64,000 bases of DNA from Cyanobacteriota bacterium (GCA_046045965.1 JBJOKS010000007.1:32001-96000), one strand, 5' to 3'; counted from the first letter of the stretch, positions 9,935 through 20,101 are shown. Numbers and translations are program-made. Notes: generated by a model not told the origin, from the letters alone.

Positions 9935-11794
9935 ATGTCTCAATACCTGCTAGAGACCGTTTGGCTGGTCCCTTGCTATGCTTTATTAGGTGGGGTTTTA
10001 GCTTTACCTTGGTCGCCGGGAATAATTAGGAAAACTGGACCTAGACCAGCAGGTTATGTCAACTTAGTAATGACATTTTTGGCATTTTTACATTCTGTCA
10101 TTGCTTTTGGGGCAACTTGGAATCATCCTGCCAAAGAAGTATTAATTCCTTGGTTATCCACCGCAGGTTTAAACCTGACCATTAATTTAGAACTTTCTCC
10201 AATTAGTGTGGGGGCATTAATTGTTATTACAGGCTTAAATTTCCTTGCCCAAATTTATGCTGTGGGTTACATGGAAATGGACTGGGGTTGGGGACGTTTC
10301 TATTCTTTATTAGGATTATTTGAAGCTGGTTTATGTGCCTTAGCTTTATGTAATAACCTGTTCTTCAGTTATGTCATTCTAGAAATTCTGACTTTAGGAA
10401 CTTACCTATTAGTCGGTTTATGGTTTAGTCAACCTTTGGTTGTTACAGGTGCGCGAGATGCGTTTCTCACCAAACGGGTAGGTGACTTATTCCTATTAAT
10501 GGGAGTTTTAGGACTATGGACTTTAGCAGGAACTTGGGATTATAAAGATTTAGCAATATGGGCGCAAACTGCCAACGTAGACCCCACAATTATTAATTTG
10601 GTTTGTTTGGCTTTAATTGCTGGTCCAATGGGTAAATGCGCTCAGTTTCCCTTGCATCTGTGGTTAGATGAAGCAATGGAAGGACCTGTTCCCAGTACCA
10701 TTTTGCGTAACTCAGTGGTAGTTGCGACTGGTGCATGGGTGCTGATTAAATTACAACCTGTATTTAGCTTATCTCCCATAGCTTCCTCCGCAATGGTAGC
10801 TATTGGTGCGGTGACAGCTATTGGTGGTTCATTAATTGCGATCGCTCAAATTGACATCAAACGCTGTTTATCTTATTCTGTCAGTGCTTACATGGGCTTA
10901 GTGTTTATTGCCGTAGGCACACAACAGGATGAAGCTGCATTATTATTAGTCCTCACTCATGCTTTAGCAGCCGCACTTTTAGTCATGAGTACCGGAGGAA
11001 TAGTTTGGAATAGCGTCACCCAAGACGTTACCCAACTCGGTGGTTTATGGTCACGTCGTCCCATTTCCGGTTTAGCATTTATTGTGGGAACATTGGGGTT
11101 AATTGGTTTTCCACCTTTAGGCAGTTTTTGGGCATTAGTAAAATTAGCTGATGGTTTATGGGGAACACACCCTTGGTTAGTAGGAATAATTATTGCCGTC
11201 AACGCGTTAACCGCCTTTAGCTTAACCAGAGAATTTAGTTTAATCTTTGGTGGTAAACCTAAACAAATGAGTGAACGTTCACCTGAAGCTATTTGGTTGA
11301 TGGTTTTACCAATGATGGTTTTATTCGGCTTTGTTTTACATCTGCCTTTAGTGTTGCAAAGTTTATCTTTACTACCCAGTTGGGCAACATTAAATAAAGA
11401 TGTGGCACTGCTGTTAATTTGGTCAAGTATTTTCGGTTGTAGTATTAGTGCAGTCATTTATTTAGGCAATATTCCTAAACCAATTCGCTTACCCTGGCAA
11501 GGTTTACAAAACTTACTTGCTTACGATTTTTACACCCCTAAACTTTACAAAGTTACCATCATTTTTGGTGTTGCCCAACTTTCCAAATTAGCTGATATGG
11601 TTGACAGATTTGTAGTTGATGGCATTGTCAATTTTGTCGGGTTATTCTCGCTTTTAGGTGGTGAAGGTTTGAAATACAGCACCAATGGACAAACCCAATT
11701 TTACGCCTTCACAATTTTATTAGGAGTCGGTATTTTAGGAGCTTGGATGACCTGGCCTTTTTGGGGTATACAGTTTTTAGATTTAGTCTTTTAA
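9935..11794 (+). CDS. ndhF3: NDH-1 subunit F3 (CO2 uptake)
   Basis: NuoL-like; KTGPRPAGY, GYMEMDWGW, QFPLHLWLDEAMEGP; next to ndhD and cupA. Confidence 0.93.
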   Translation: MSQYLLETVWLVPCYALLGGVLALPWSPGIIRKTGPRPAGYVNLVMTFLAFLHSVIAFGATWNHPAKEVLIPWLSTAGLNLTINLELSPISVGALIVITGLNFLAQIYAVGYMEMDWGWGRFYSLLGLFEAGLCALALCNNLFFSYVILEILTLGTYLLVGLWFSQPLVVTGARDAFLTKRVGDLFLLMGVLGLWTLAGTWDYKDLAIWAQTANVDPTIINLVCLALIAGPMGKCAQFPLHLWLDEAMEGPVPSTILRNSVVVATGAWVLIKLQPVFSLSPIASSAMVAIGAVTAIGGSLIAIAQIDIKRCLSYSVSAYMGLVFIAVGTQQDEAALLLVLTHALAAALLVMSTGGIVWNSVTQDVTQLGGLWSRRPISGLAFIVGTLGLIGFPPLGSFWALVKLADGLWGTHPWLVGIIIAVNALTAFSLTREFSLIFGGKPKQMSERSPEAIWLMVLPMMVLFGFVLHLPLVLQSLSLLPSWATLNKDVALLLIWSSIFGCSISAVIYLGNIPKPIRLPWQGLQNLLAYDFYTPKLYKVTIIFGVAQLSKLADMVDRFVVDGIVNFVGLFSLLGGEGLKYSTNGQTQFYAFTILLGVGILGAWMTWPFWGIQFLDLVF

Positions 11795-11995
11795 ATTCAT
11801 CCGATTTAGATGATAATTAACCACCATGTAAAATCAATAATTACAGCACAGCCTTCAAAAATCTTGCACCTACTTTCCTATGTCTTAGCCTCAAACCTTT
11901 GATTTATATGGGTTTTACATTTATTCAGCAACCCCTAATTAGTTCCCTAAATGGGTAAAAGGCAAGATAAACCAACCAATTACCAATTACCAATT

Positions 11996-13498
11996 ATGTT
12001 GAGTGTTTTAATTTGGTTGCCAATTATTGGCGCTGCAATTCTCGGATTTTTACCAGATACAGTAATTCCCAAAACTAGAATTAGACTGGTATCTTTAACT
12101 ATCTCATTCGTTACCTTATTGTGGAATCTTTTCATTCTCCTAAAATTTGATCTGAATAGTCCAGGGATGCAGTTTCAAGAATATCTACCTTGGAACGAAA
12201 CCCTTGGTTTAAGCTATCAATTAGGGGTTGATGGGTTGTCTATTTTAATGTTGCTATTAAATAGCCTGTTAACTTGGATAGCAATTTATAGCAGTAGTCA
12301 GAATACCGAACGCCCTAAACTTTTCTATTCACTGATTTTATTAGTTAGCGGCGGTGTTGCTGGTGCTTTTTTGGCTGAAAACTTACTTTTGTTTTTCTTA
12401 TTTTACGAGCTTGAATTAATTCCCTTTTATTTATTAATTTCCATTTGGGGAGGAGAAAAACGCGCCTATGCTGGGATGAAATTTCTGATTTATACCGCAG
12501 TTTCAGGGGCATTAATTCTGGCTACATTCTTGGGCATGGTATGGTTAAGTGGTTCTCATAGTTTTGCCATAGACGCAGTTAATACCCAAAATATTTCCGC
12601 AGGAATGCAACTGTTATTATTAGCAGGAATAATATTAGGTTTTGGCATCAAAATTCCCTTAATTCCTTTTCACACCTGGCTACCTGATGCTTACGTTGAA
12701 GCTTCTGCACCCATCGCTATTTTATTAGGTGGAATTTTAGCTAAGTTAGGAACTTATGGACTGTTGCGTTTTGGGTTTGGTTTATTTCCTCAAGCATGGA
12801 GTATAGTAGCACCAACCTTAGCAATATGGGGCGCTGTGAGTGCAATTTATGGGGCGGTAATTGCGATCGCTCAAAAAGACATCAAACGCATGGTAGCATA
12901 TAGTTCTATCGGTCACATGGGCTATATTTTACTAGCAGCAGCTTCTAGTACCAACCTGGCCTTAGTTGGTGCAGTCGCGCAAATGTTTAGTCATGGTTTA
13001 ATTCTTGCTATTCTCTTCCATTTAGTGGGAATTATAGAAGTTAAAGTAGGAACAAGAGAACTCGATAAACTCAATGGTTTAATGAGTCCTATTCGCGGTT
13101 TACCTATCGTTAGTGCTTTACTCGTTTTAGGTGGTATGGCCAGCGCCGGTATTCCTGGTTTAACAGGTTTTATTGCGGAATTTATCGTTTTCCAAGGTAG
13201 TTTTTCCACCTTCCCCATCCCCACATTATTGTGTGTAGCTTCTTCTGGTTTAACTGCTGTTTATTTCGTTATTCTTCTCAACCGCACCTGTTTTGGTAGA
13301 CTCAATAACGACTTAGCTTATTATCCCAGAGTAGTTTGGGCGGAAAAAATTCCCGCATTAATATTAGCTTCCCTCATTCTTTTCTTAGGAGTACAACCCA
13401 CCTGGTTAGTGCGTTGGAGTGAAACCACAACCAACGCAATGGTAGCTACTATTCCTACTCCTGAAAAAACCGTAATTTCTCAAGTGGCATTGAAGTAA
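11996..13498 (+). CDS. ndhD3: NDH-1 subunit D3
   Basis: NuoM-like; LGVDGLS, FHTWLPDAYVEAS, KRMVAYSSIGHMG. Start at ATG 11996; the upstream extension is translated STRR repeat. Confidence 0.92.
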   Translation: MLSVLIWLPIIGAAILGFLPDTVIPKTRIRLVSLTISFVTLLWNLFILLKFDLNSPGMQFQEYLPWNETLGLSYQLGVDGLSILMLLLNSLLTWIAIYSSSQNTERPKLFYSLILLVSGGVAGAFLAENLLLFFLFYELELIPFYLLISIWGGEKRAYAGMKFLIYTAVSGALILATFLGMVWLSGSHSFAIDAVNTQNISAGMQLLLLAGIILGFGIKIPLIPFHTWLPDAYVEASAPIAILLGGILAKLGTYGLLRFGFGLFPQAWSIVAPTLAIWGAVSAIYGAVIAIAQKDIKRMVAYSSIGHMGYILLAAASSTNLALVGAVAQMFSHGLILAILFHLVGIIEVKVGTRELDKLNGLMSPIRGLPIVSALLVLGGMASAGIPGLTGFIAEFIVFQGSFSTFPIPTLLCVASSGLTAVYFVILLNRTCFGRLNNDLAYYPRVVWAEKIPALILASLILFLGVQPTWLVRWSETTTNAMVATIPTPEKTVISQVALK

Positions 13499-13807
13499 TG
13501 GAAGAAGGAGTTAAGAATACAGAAGTTGCAGGAGTATGGCTTACGGCACGCTGCGCGAACGCTATCAGAATCAAAAATCTCTAAATTTCAGCAACTAATT
13601 CATTCTGTTAACTCCTTTTTTACTCCCTTCCCAATATAAGAATACCAATTGAATGAACCACGAAGGCACGAAGAACACGAAGGAAGAGAAGAATAAGAAG
13701 AAGAAGAAAAGGAAGAAGATAGATAATCTAGTACATTTATTAACCTCTTAAATCTCTCTGCGTCTCTGCGTCTCTGCGTGATAAAATCATAAATATAGGA
13801 AACCAAA

Positions 13808-15130
13808 ATGGTACAAACTCCCGATAAACCAATCACCAAACTACCACCTTCAACCCACGAATTTGCCGATATTATTCATCGTTTAGAAGCTGGTGGTTCA
13901 ATGCTGCCAGATACACCAGAAAATTTAATGCAAATCATCGGTATTTATAAAGCTTACGCAGTACCGATGGATTTTTACTGGCGCGATTTATTGTACATTG
14001 GTGAAAGAGTTTTTTTAAATCCTCTTCCTGCTTTTAAATACTTCTTACCTCAAGAATATTTAGACTTACATAATCATTATGCTGGTGATGATGCTGATTT
14101 AAGAATTTGGCGCGGTGAAGCTACAGCACATCCTGAACTTTTGGCATTTATGGAAAAAGGCGAAACTCGCAAAATGCCAAAGTTATTACATCATTTATTC
14201 CATGACAGAATTAACATGGAATTTGCGGAAGCTTGTATGCAAGCTATGTTATGGCATCGCAAAATGTACGCCCCAGTAAATCAATTTGATGCCTATTTAG
14301 ATTCAGACGAATATAGAGCTAATGCTGATAAAGCAATTAAGGCTTACTTTAAGAAAAATCCCTTAATGTTGGGACTTTATAAACTGTTCCCTGATATGTT
14401 TTTGGAACAGTGTCGGATGATGTCTTATTATGCCAACTTAGGACTTTTCTGGGAAGTGATGGCACCGGTATTTTTTGAAATGTCGGATATTTACGATGAG
14501 GGCGGTTTTAAAGGTGTACCAGATGCTATGAATTTCTTAATTAATGGTATCTTTGCGATTGCCGGTCGTCCCATTTATCATCATGTTTATGTTGATGGTG
14601 AATGTTATGAAGTCATTCCCAAATCTAAAGGTTTTACTTGGTTATATGAAGCAGCTTTACCCTATGTAGAAGCTGTATTTTACCGGACTGCACCATTTAG
14701 AGGTACAAAGTCTTATAATGCCCAAGCAGGACAAGTTCCAGAAGATCAAAAAGACTTCCATTATGGTATTCTTTATGCTGATGTATTCCCTGTAGGAACT
14801 GCGGGTATTCCACCAACATTATTAATGCAGGATATGTTGCATTTTCTCCCCCAATATTTAGTTGATTCTTATAAACAACATTGTCGGGGTGAAGATGATA
14901 TGTTGATTCAGTTGGGTGTGACTTTCCAACGTTCAATGTATAATGTAACTTCTGCGGTAATTCAAGCTTTAAGAACTGCGTTGTTATATCCTTTAGATGA
15001 TCCCAATCCTAAGCATTTACAGGCAAATCGGGAATTTTTTGAAATGCAGTTGAATCGCTTTACTCGTGCTGATTATGGTATGAGAGATGCGGCGAAATTG
15101 CGGAGTATTCAAAGTCAGGATTATAGATGA
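13808..15130 (+). CDS. cupA: CO2 hydration protein CupA/ChpY
   Basis: RLEAGGSMLPDTPENL, HDRINMEFAEAC, GTKSYNAQA, AGIPPTLLMQDM; 440-aa CupA-type length. Confidence 0.93.
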   Translation: MVQTPDKPITKLPPSTHEFADIIHRLEAGGSMLPDTPENLMQIIGIYKAYAVPMDFYWRDLLYIGERVFLNPLPAFKYFLPQEYLDLHNHYAGDDADLRIWRGEATAHPELLAFMEKGETRKMPKLLHHLFHDRINMEFAEACMQAMLWHRKMYAPVNQFDAYLDSDEYRANADKAIKAYFKKNPLMLGLYKLFPDMFLEQCRMMSYYANLGLFWEVMAPVFFEMSDIYDEGGFKGVPDAMNFLINGIFAIAGRPIYHHVYVDGECYEVIPKSKGFTWLYEAALPYVEAVFYRTAPFRGTKSYNAQAGQVPEDQKDFHYGILYADVFPVGTAGIPPTLLMQDMLHFLPQYLVDSYKQHCRGEDDMLIQLGVTFQRSMYNVTSAVIQALRTALLYPLDDPNPKHLQANREFFEMQLNRFTRADYGMRDAAKLRSIQSQDYR

Positions 15131-15158
15131 TCCCCCCAACCCCCTTAAAAAGGGGGCT
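15129..15158 (+). repeat. REP-like palindrome, copy A (GATCCCCCCAACCCCCTTAAAAAGGGGGCT)
   Basis: CCCCCTT-AAA-AAGGGGG hairpin with a GATC tail; overlaps the cupA stop codon. Confidence 0.85.
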
Positions 15159-15283
15159 TTTTTATGAATAACTACCATTACCAGTAATTTAAAATGTTTT
15201 GCTGCCAGTATATTTACTATATACGTAAAGTGTATTAGGGTTATAGAATTTAGTTAATATCCACTTATATCTAGTTACGAAAA

Positions 15284-15589
15284 ATGCTGTCAAATTTTAA
15301 AAAGGCTGCTGAAAGTATAGTTCAAGCAGGAGGTAATTTAGCAGATAGCGAAGATGCAAAAGCTATAGGTGCTATAGGTGCTGCTTCATCTGCTGCTGCT
15401 GGGTTAGGTTCAATCACAGTAGCTACAGTTACAGCTTCTGCACCAGGAATATTGGGTGTTATAGGATTGACTACTACAAGTGTTGTTGCTCTTCCTGCTG
15501 CTGGTATTGTAGCTGCTGCTGGTTTGGCTGGTTATGGAATTTATAAGGGTGTACAGCTGGCACAAGGTAATAAAGGTTCAGCAAAATAA
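15284..15589 (+). CDS. Ala/Gly-rich hypothetical protein with hydrophobic, glycine-zipper-like segments
   Basis: 101-aa ORF between repeat copies A and B. Confidence 0.7.
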   Translation: MLSNFKKAAESIVQAGGNLADSEDAKAIGAIGAASSAAAGLGSITVATVTASAPGILGVIGLTTTSVVALPAAGIVAAAGLAGYGIYKGVQLAQGNKGSAK

Positions 15590-15615
15590 TCATATTCATT
15601 TCCTCTTCTCTTGTT

Positions 15616-15646
15616 CCCACCTTTTTAAGGGGGGTTAGGGGGGATC
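15616..15646 (-). repeat. REP-like palindrome, copy B (inverted)
   Basis: CCCACCTTTTTAAGGGGGGTTAGGGGGGATC. Confidence 0.8.
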
Positions 15647-15666
15647 ATCACGAATGTATAAAAACC

Positions 15667-16044
15667 ATGCCTAGACAAAAAAACTTACTTGAATCAGATT
15701 TTCACTTACCCTACAACCAAAAACTTGTAGAAAGGGCAAAGGAACTGAGAAAAAACATGACACCCGCAGAGAAAAAGCTGTGGAATGAATACTTGAAAAA
15801 CTTTAAATTTCGCGTTTTTAGACAAAGACCTATTGATAATTTTATTGTTGACTTTTATTGTCCAAGTTTGAAATTAGTGATTGAGGTAGATGGTGATAGT
15901 CATTTTACACCTGAAGGTCAAGAGTATGATTTAGAAAGAACAAATATCTTGCAAGGATATGGTTTAAGAATAGTGAGATTTACTAATAATGAAGTGTTAA
16001 ATAATTTTGAAAGCGTGTGTCAAATAATAGAAAGATCCCCCTAA
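15667..16044 (+). CDS. DUF559 (Vsr-like) endonuclease domain protein
   Basis: RAKELRKNMTPAEKKLW, FRQRPIDNFIVDFYC, LVIEVDGDSH, GLRIVRFTN. Confidence 0.92.
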   Translation: MPRQKNLLESDFHLPYNQKLVERAKELRKNMTPAEKKLWNEYLKNFKFRVFRQRPIDNFIVDFYCPSLKLVIEVDGDSHFTPEGQEYDLERTNILQGYGLRIVRFTNNEVLNNFESVCQIIERSP

Positions 16045-16192
16045 ATCCCCCTTAAAAAGGGGGACTTTGAAGAATAAGATACCCCATTATTACCCTTTAG
16101 ATAAGGGTGAATTTGAAAAATTTAGCCGACCTTTTTAGGAGGACTTTGTGAATAATTCTTAGCCCCCCTTTTTAAGGGGGGTTGGGGGGATC
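16033..16192. repeat. REP-like palindromes C (16033-16070) and D (16161-16192) as an inverted doublet, with degenerate internal copies
   Basis: C = AGATCCCCCTAAATCCCCCTTAAAAAGGGGGACTTTGA; D = AGCCCCCCTTTTTAAGGGGGGTTGGGGGGATC. Confidence 0.85.
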
Positions 16193-16293
16193 TAAAACAA
16201 AATTGAGATTGTCAGTTGCACTACAAAACTCTATTCAACAGTGGGTTAGGGTGGACTTGATGCAATTAAAAAACCTCAATTTGGTGTAACCCT

Positions 16294-16716
16294 GTGTCTA
16301 ATTTAGAACTGTACCAATATCTTCCTAAACTTCCTGACGCTGCACTGCAAGAATTTACAGAATGGTGTGTTTTAGAACAAGCAAAAGCCGCAGGATTAGA
16401 ATTTAAACCTGATGCAACTAAGTTGAAAGATTTAGCACCAGGAGATTATTTGAAACAGCTAATTGATCAATTCATGAAAGTGAAACCAGACCCCATTAGA
16501 GCAGGTTTAGTAGCTGTGATTGCGGGAAAACAATCTGATAAACATAATTTGTCTGGTTTAGCAGCTATTGTTGATTTTGTTGCACTTTATGTTAAGTTTT
16601 TAATTCCTAAAGATGGTACTGACCCAGAACAAGCAGAAGCAATATTAGCGAAAGCATCACAACATCAGTATGAGCAACTGACTCAAATTGCTAAAAAACA
16701 TGATGTGGCTTTATAG
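16294..16716 (+). CDS. Conserved hypothetical protein downstream of the cupA cluster
   Basis: 140-aa helical ORF with GTG start and protein-like composition; not a fasciclin (CupS) domain. Confidence 0.75.
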   Translation: MSNLELYQYLPKLPDAALQEFTEWCVLEQAKAAGLEFKPDATKLKDLAPGDYLKQLIDQFMKVKPDPIRAGLVAVIAGKQSDKHNLSGLAAIVDFVALYVKFLIPKDGTDPEQAEAILAKASQHQYEQLTQIAKKHDVAL

Positions 16717-16762
16717 TCAGGATACTTGTAAAATCAGGAATCAATAGATATAGCATAAGTTC

Positions 16763-16794
16763 AAATCCCCGACTTTTTAGAGAAGTAGGGGATT
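16763..16794. repeat. Dispersed hairpin repeat (ATCCCC.ACTT...AGAAGT.GGGGAT); other copies at 49851-49883 and 56420-56452
   Basis: Three similar intergenic palindromes; may also act as terminators. Confidence 0.75.
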
Positions 16795-16838
16795 TTATAT
16801 TTATCAGTTAGGTTAGTTCTGATTTCTGAAAGGTTACT

Positions 16839-17786
16839 TTAATTAAATGTTTTCTTAAGTATTTTCTCGTTAATGCCGAGATTTCCCTGTAACCCACCTG
16901 TATGTATTAATAGTATTTTCCCTGGTTGAAAAAATCCTTGCTGTAGTAAGTTAATGACTCCATAAAACATTTTTCCCGTATATACGTAATCTACGGGTAT
17001 GTTATGTTCTTGTGTAAATTTTTGGCAAAACATGATTAATTCTTGATTAAATTTTGCATAACCTCCAAAATGGTAATCATATAGTAGTTGCCAAGGTGCA
17101 GGATGAGGAACGGGTGCAGGTAAACCAGATGTGAGATAATTATGTATTAAATTTTCAATTTCCGCTGCTAAAAATTGTCCACCTTTTAATACAGGAAAAC
17201 CAATAATTCTCTGTGGTGAATGTAATGATAAGGCGATACCAGCCAGTGTTGTGGCTGTCCCACAAGCTAGGCAAATAGTATTAAATAATGATTCTGAATT
17301 ATCCATTATTTCTGTACAACCACGTACACCATTTAGGTTACAACCTCCTTCGGGAATGATAAATACTTCACCAAATTGTTGTTTTAAGTCTTCCTGTAGC
17401 TGTTTAGTGTGGCGTTGTCGGTAGGTTGTGCGATCGCAATAAACTATCTGCATACCTTGTTCTAGGGCAAAACTCAATGTAGGATTGAGAGGTAAAGTTT
17501 CTTCTCCACGAATCATCCCAATAGTGCGGAAACCAAAAAGATTACCTGCGGCTGCGGTGGCAAAGATATGATTAGAATAAGCACCACCAAAAGTAAGTAG
17601 GGTTGAACAATTTTTTTCCTTGGCTGACAACAGGTTATATTTCAGCTTGAACCACTTATTACCATTAACCTGTGGGTGCATGAGATCAAGACGTAAAACA
17701 TATAGCTCAACACCAGCATTATCAGCTATTTGATTATTAATTTTTTGTACAGGTGGGGATAAAAACATTGACGACTTTTGCATCAC
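16839..17786 (-). CDS. PLP-dependent ACC deaminase / D-cysteine desulfhydrase family protein
   Basis: GNKWFKLKYNL, TFGGAYSNH, IPEGG, DYVYTGKM, IHTGGLQG. Confidence 0.9.
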   Translation of the reverse strand: MMQKSSMFLSPPVQKINNQIADNAGVELYVLRLDLMHPQVNGNKWFKLKYNLLSAKEKNCSTLLTFGGAYSNHIFATAAAGNLFGFRTIGMIRGEETLPLNPTLSFALEQGMQIVYCDRTTYRQRHTKQLQEDLKQQFGEVFIIPEGGCNLNGVRGCTEIMDNSESLFNTICLACGTATTLAGIALSLHSPQRIIGFPVLKGGQFLAAEIENLIHNYLTSGLPAPVPHPAPWQLLYDYHFGGYAKFNQELIMFCQKFTQEHNIPVDYVYTGKMFYGVINLLQQGFFQPGKILLIHTGGLQGNLGINEKILKKTFN

Positions 17787-17848
17787 AAGTTAAGCTTTGT
17801 GGGAATGGTAGAAAATAACAAATCTGCAAAAAAACTATCAGACGGTTT

Positions 17849-18412
17849 ATGGCTAAAGTTTTTGACTCTATCACAGAAGAATTGCAAAAATTTATTGCAA
17901 ATCAGCAGATGTTTTTTGTTGGAACTGCGCCTTTAAGTCCTACAGGCCATGTTAACATTTCTCCTAAAGGCTTAGAAAGCTTTCGTATTCTTTCAGATCA
18001 TCGCGTTGCTTACTTAGATTTAACAGGTAGTGGTAATGAAACTTCTGCCCATCTGTTAGAAAATGGCCGAATTACATTTATGTTTTGCGCTTTTCAAGAA
18101 CCACCTTCTATTCTCCGTCTTTATGGACAGGGAAAAACTATTTTACCTACTGACGCTGAATGGGATTATTTTTACTCTTTCTTTCCTGACATCCCCGGAA
18201 CTCGACAAATAATTGTTGCGGATATTGATCGGGTACAAACTTCCTGTGGTTTTGCTGTGCCACTGTATGATTATCAAGGACAAAGAGAAACTTTAGTTAA
18301 CTGGGCTATTAAGAAAGGTGAACAGGGAATTAAAGAATATCATCAGCAGAAAAATTTTGTTAGTATTGATGGTTTGTTAACACCTTTGTCTCAAGTTCAT
18401 CATCAAAAGTGA
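17849..18412 (+). CDS. Pyridoxamine 5'-phosphate oxidase family FMN-binding protein
   Basis: FFVGTAP, NISPKG, DLTGSGNETSAHL, QTSCGFAVP. Confidence 0.88.
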   Translation: MAKVFDSITEELQKFIANQQMFFVGTAPLSPTGHVNISPKGLESFRILSDHRVAYLDLTGSGNETSAHLLENGRITFMFCAFQEPPSILRLYGQGKTILPTDAEWDYFYSFFPDIPGTRQIIVADIDRVQTSCGFAVPLYDYQGQRETLVNWAIKKGEQGIKEYHQQKNFVSIDGLLTPLSQVHHQK

Positions 18413-18520
18413 GTTGATGAATAGATGATTATGGTTCAACATAAAAGATGATTCAAAGTTCCATCATAAAAATTCCCCCCTTTCTCAAGTAGTTAAGGGG
18501 GTCTAAATTCCTGGTGGAAA

Positions 18521-19006
18521 TTAGATATTTAAATCACGCAAAGCTAAACGAATTTGTTCCATACGTCTGCGGTTGACACCAAGATCCGACTCTCCCACGC
18601 GAGATGCTGAACGGATATGAATTACTGACTCATCTGCTGGTAAATAAAATTCTACATCATCCACAAATTTGAAAATGCGGCTTTTAGAAAGAGCATGGAT
18701 ATAATTATCTGTTTGTTCTACAACTTCTGTCCGGGGAACAACAGTGAGAACTTTGAGTAAGGTTTCTTTTGCTTGATCATGATCTACATGATAGGTAATT
18801 GGATCAATAGCGTGTTTAGTATCAGCATTTTGACTAACAACACAGTTGTCTGAAGTTGGACAAGGACTAAGATAACCTGACTCAACCCCTAAACCAGTAG
18901 CCCAACTAAGCCCAGGAAGTATTAAACTAATGGTCAGGGTTAAGAATATTGTCAAAATACTACTCTTGAGTCGTTGTGAGAATGCTGTGCGATGGTACAT
19001 TATCAA
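18521..19006 (-). CDS. DUF1499 domain protein
   Basis: Signal peptide; LSPCPTSDNCVVSQ, FVDDVEF, RSASRVGESDLGVNRRR. Confidence 0.88.
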   Translation of the reverse strand: MIMYHRTAFSQRLKSSILTIFLTLTISLILPGLSWATGLGVESGYLSPCPTSDNCVVSQNADTKHAIDPITYHVDHDQAKETLLKVLTVVPRTEVVEQTDNYIHALSKSRIFKFVDDVEFYLPADESVIHIRSASRVGESDLGVNRRRMEQIRLALRDLNI

Positions 19007-19111
19007 TTTACTCCTTGACGATTTAGGTTTTATTGATGTATCTAATAATTATCAACCAATGGGTGCATTTTGAGTACACTAATTTAAATTATCAGGAAAA
19101 TAAAAATTTAA

Positions 19112-20101
19112 ATGTCAAATTTATTCAACTGGCAATCATTGATTTTATTAGGGATTACTACATATCATCAAATTACCAGCTTTCAAGAAAATTCCAAAAT
19201 ACCACCTATAGGAAAATTGATTGATGTCGGTGGACATAAATTACATTTCTATTGTGCTGGTAAAGGAAAGATCACAATAATTGTAGATCATAGTCTGGGG
19301 GGAATTGATGGATATTTCTTGGTAGATGAATTAGCGAAAATTTCACGAGTTTGTATTTATGATCGTGCTGGTTATGGTTGGAGTCAATCAAGTTATAAAC
19401 CTCGTACCAGTGAACAAATAGTTAAAGAATTACGCAGTTTGTTGAAAAATGCAGAAATTGAACCGCCATACATTTTAGTTGGCAATTCTTTTGGTAGTTA
19501 TAATATGCGTCTTTATGCTCATCTGTTCCCGGAAGAAGTTTTAGGTATGGTTTTAACAGATGGTTTGCATGAAAAACAGATGTTATCAATGTCATTGAGT
19601 CTGCAATTATTGAAGTTATTTTTTACAGTTTCTTTTTTAATTGCTGCTCTTGGTGCTGCTTTAGGAATTGTGAGATTTTTAGGGATAATAGGTGTATTTG
19701 AAATTCTCAAAAAAGAATTACGTCCGTTTCCAAGAACTACATTAAAAATCGTGAAAAGCTCTTTTTATTCTGGAAGACATTGGTTAACAATGTTTCGAGA
19801 AATGTGGAGTTTAAATAATAGTGGTCGTCAATTAGAAAAAGCTAATAATTTGGCGAATATGCCCATTATTAATATTAAAGCTGCTACATTTCTTAAACCT
19901 AGTTTGGGAAGGTTTTATTTTTCAATTTCACCAGCAGATAAACTGCGCGATGCTATACAATCTAATTTGCTTTTACTTTCCACTGACTGTGAACAATTAT
20001 TAGCTGAAAAAAGTGGTCATTTTGTTTGGATAGACCAGCAGGAAGTAATTTTAGCAGCAGTGATAAAAATTTTAAATAAAGTAGAAAAAGCTGAATATTA
20101 A
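19112..20101 (+). CDS. Alpha/beta hydrolase
   Basis: YDRAGYGWS, GNSFG nucleophile elbow, SGHFV. Confidence 0.88.
   Translation: MSNLFNWQSLILLGITTYHQITSFQENSKIPPIGKLIDVGGHKLHFYCAGKGKITIIVDHSLGGIDGYFLVDELAKISRVCIYDRAGYGWSQSSYKPRTSEQIVKELRSLLKNAEIEPPYILVGNSFGSYNMRLYAHLFPEEVLGMVLTDGLHEKQMLSMSLSLQLLKLFFTVSFLIAALGAALGIVRFLGIIGVFEILKKELRPFPRTTLKIVKSSFYSGRHWLTMFREMWSLNNSGRQLEKANNLANMPIINIKAATFLKPSLGRFYFSISPADKLRDAIQSNLLLLSTDCEQLLAEKSGHFVWIDQQEVILAAVIKILNKVEKAEY

Noticed and set aside
11951..11995. N-terminal extensions of ndhD3, and likewise the GT4 gene (35856-35951) and ROK gene (55443-55493)
   Set aside because: These are translated STRR heptamers (TNYQLPI, VIGNW); downstream starts fit the families better.
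13600..13839. 79-aa minus-strand ORF between ndhD3 and cupA
   Set aside because: It is a translation of a GAA-rich tract and CTCTGCGT repeats.
15129..16192. CRISPR array
   Set aside because: The repeats alternate in orientation, are irregularly spaced and enclose whole genes; no cas genes are present.
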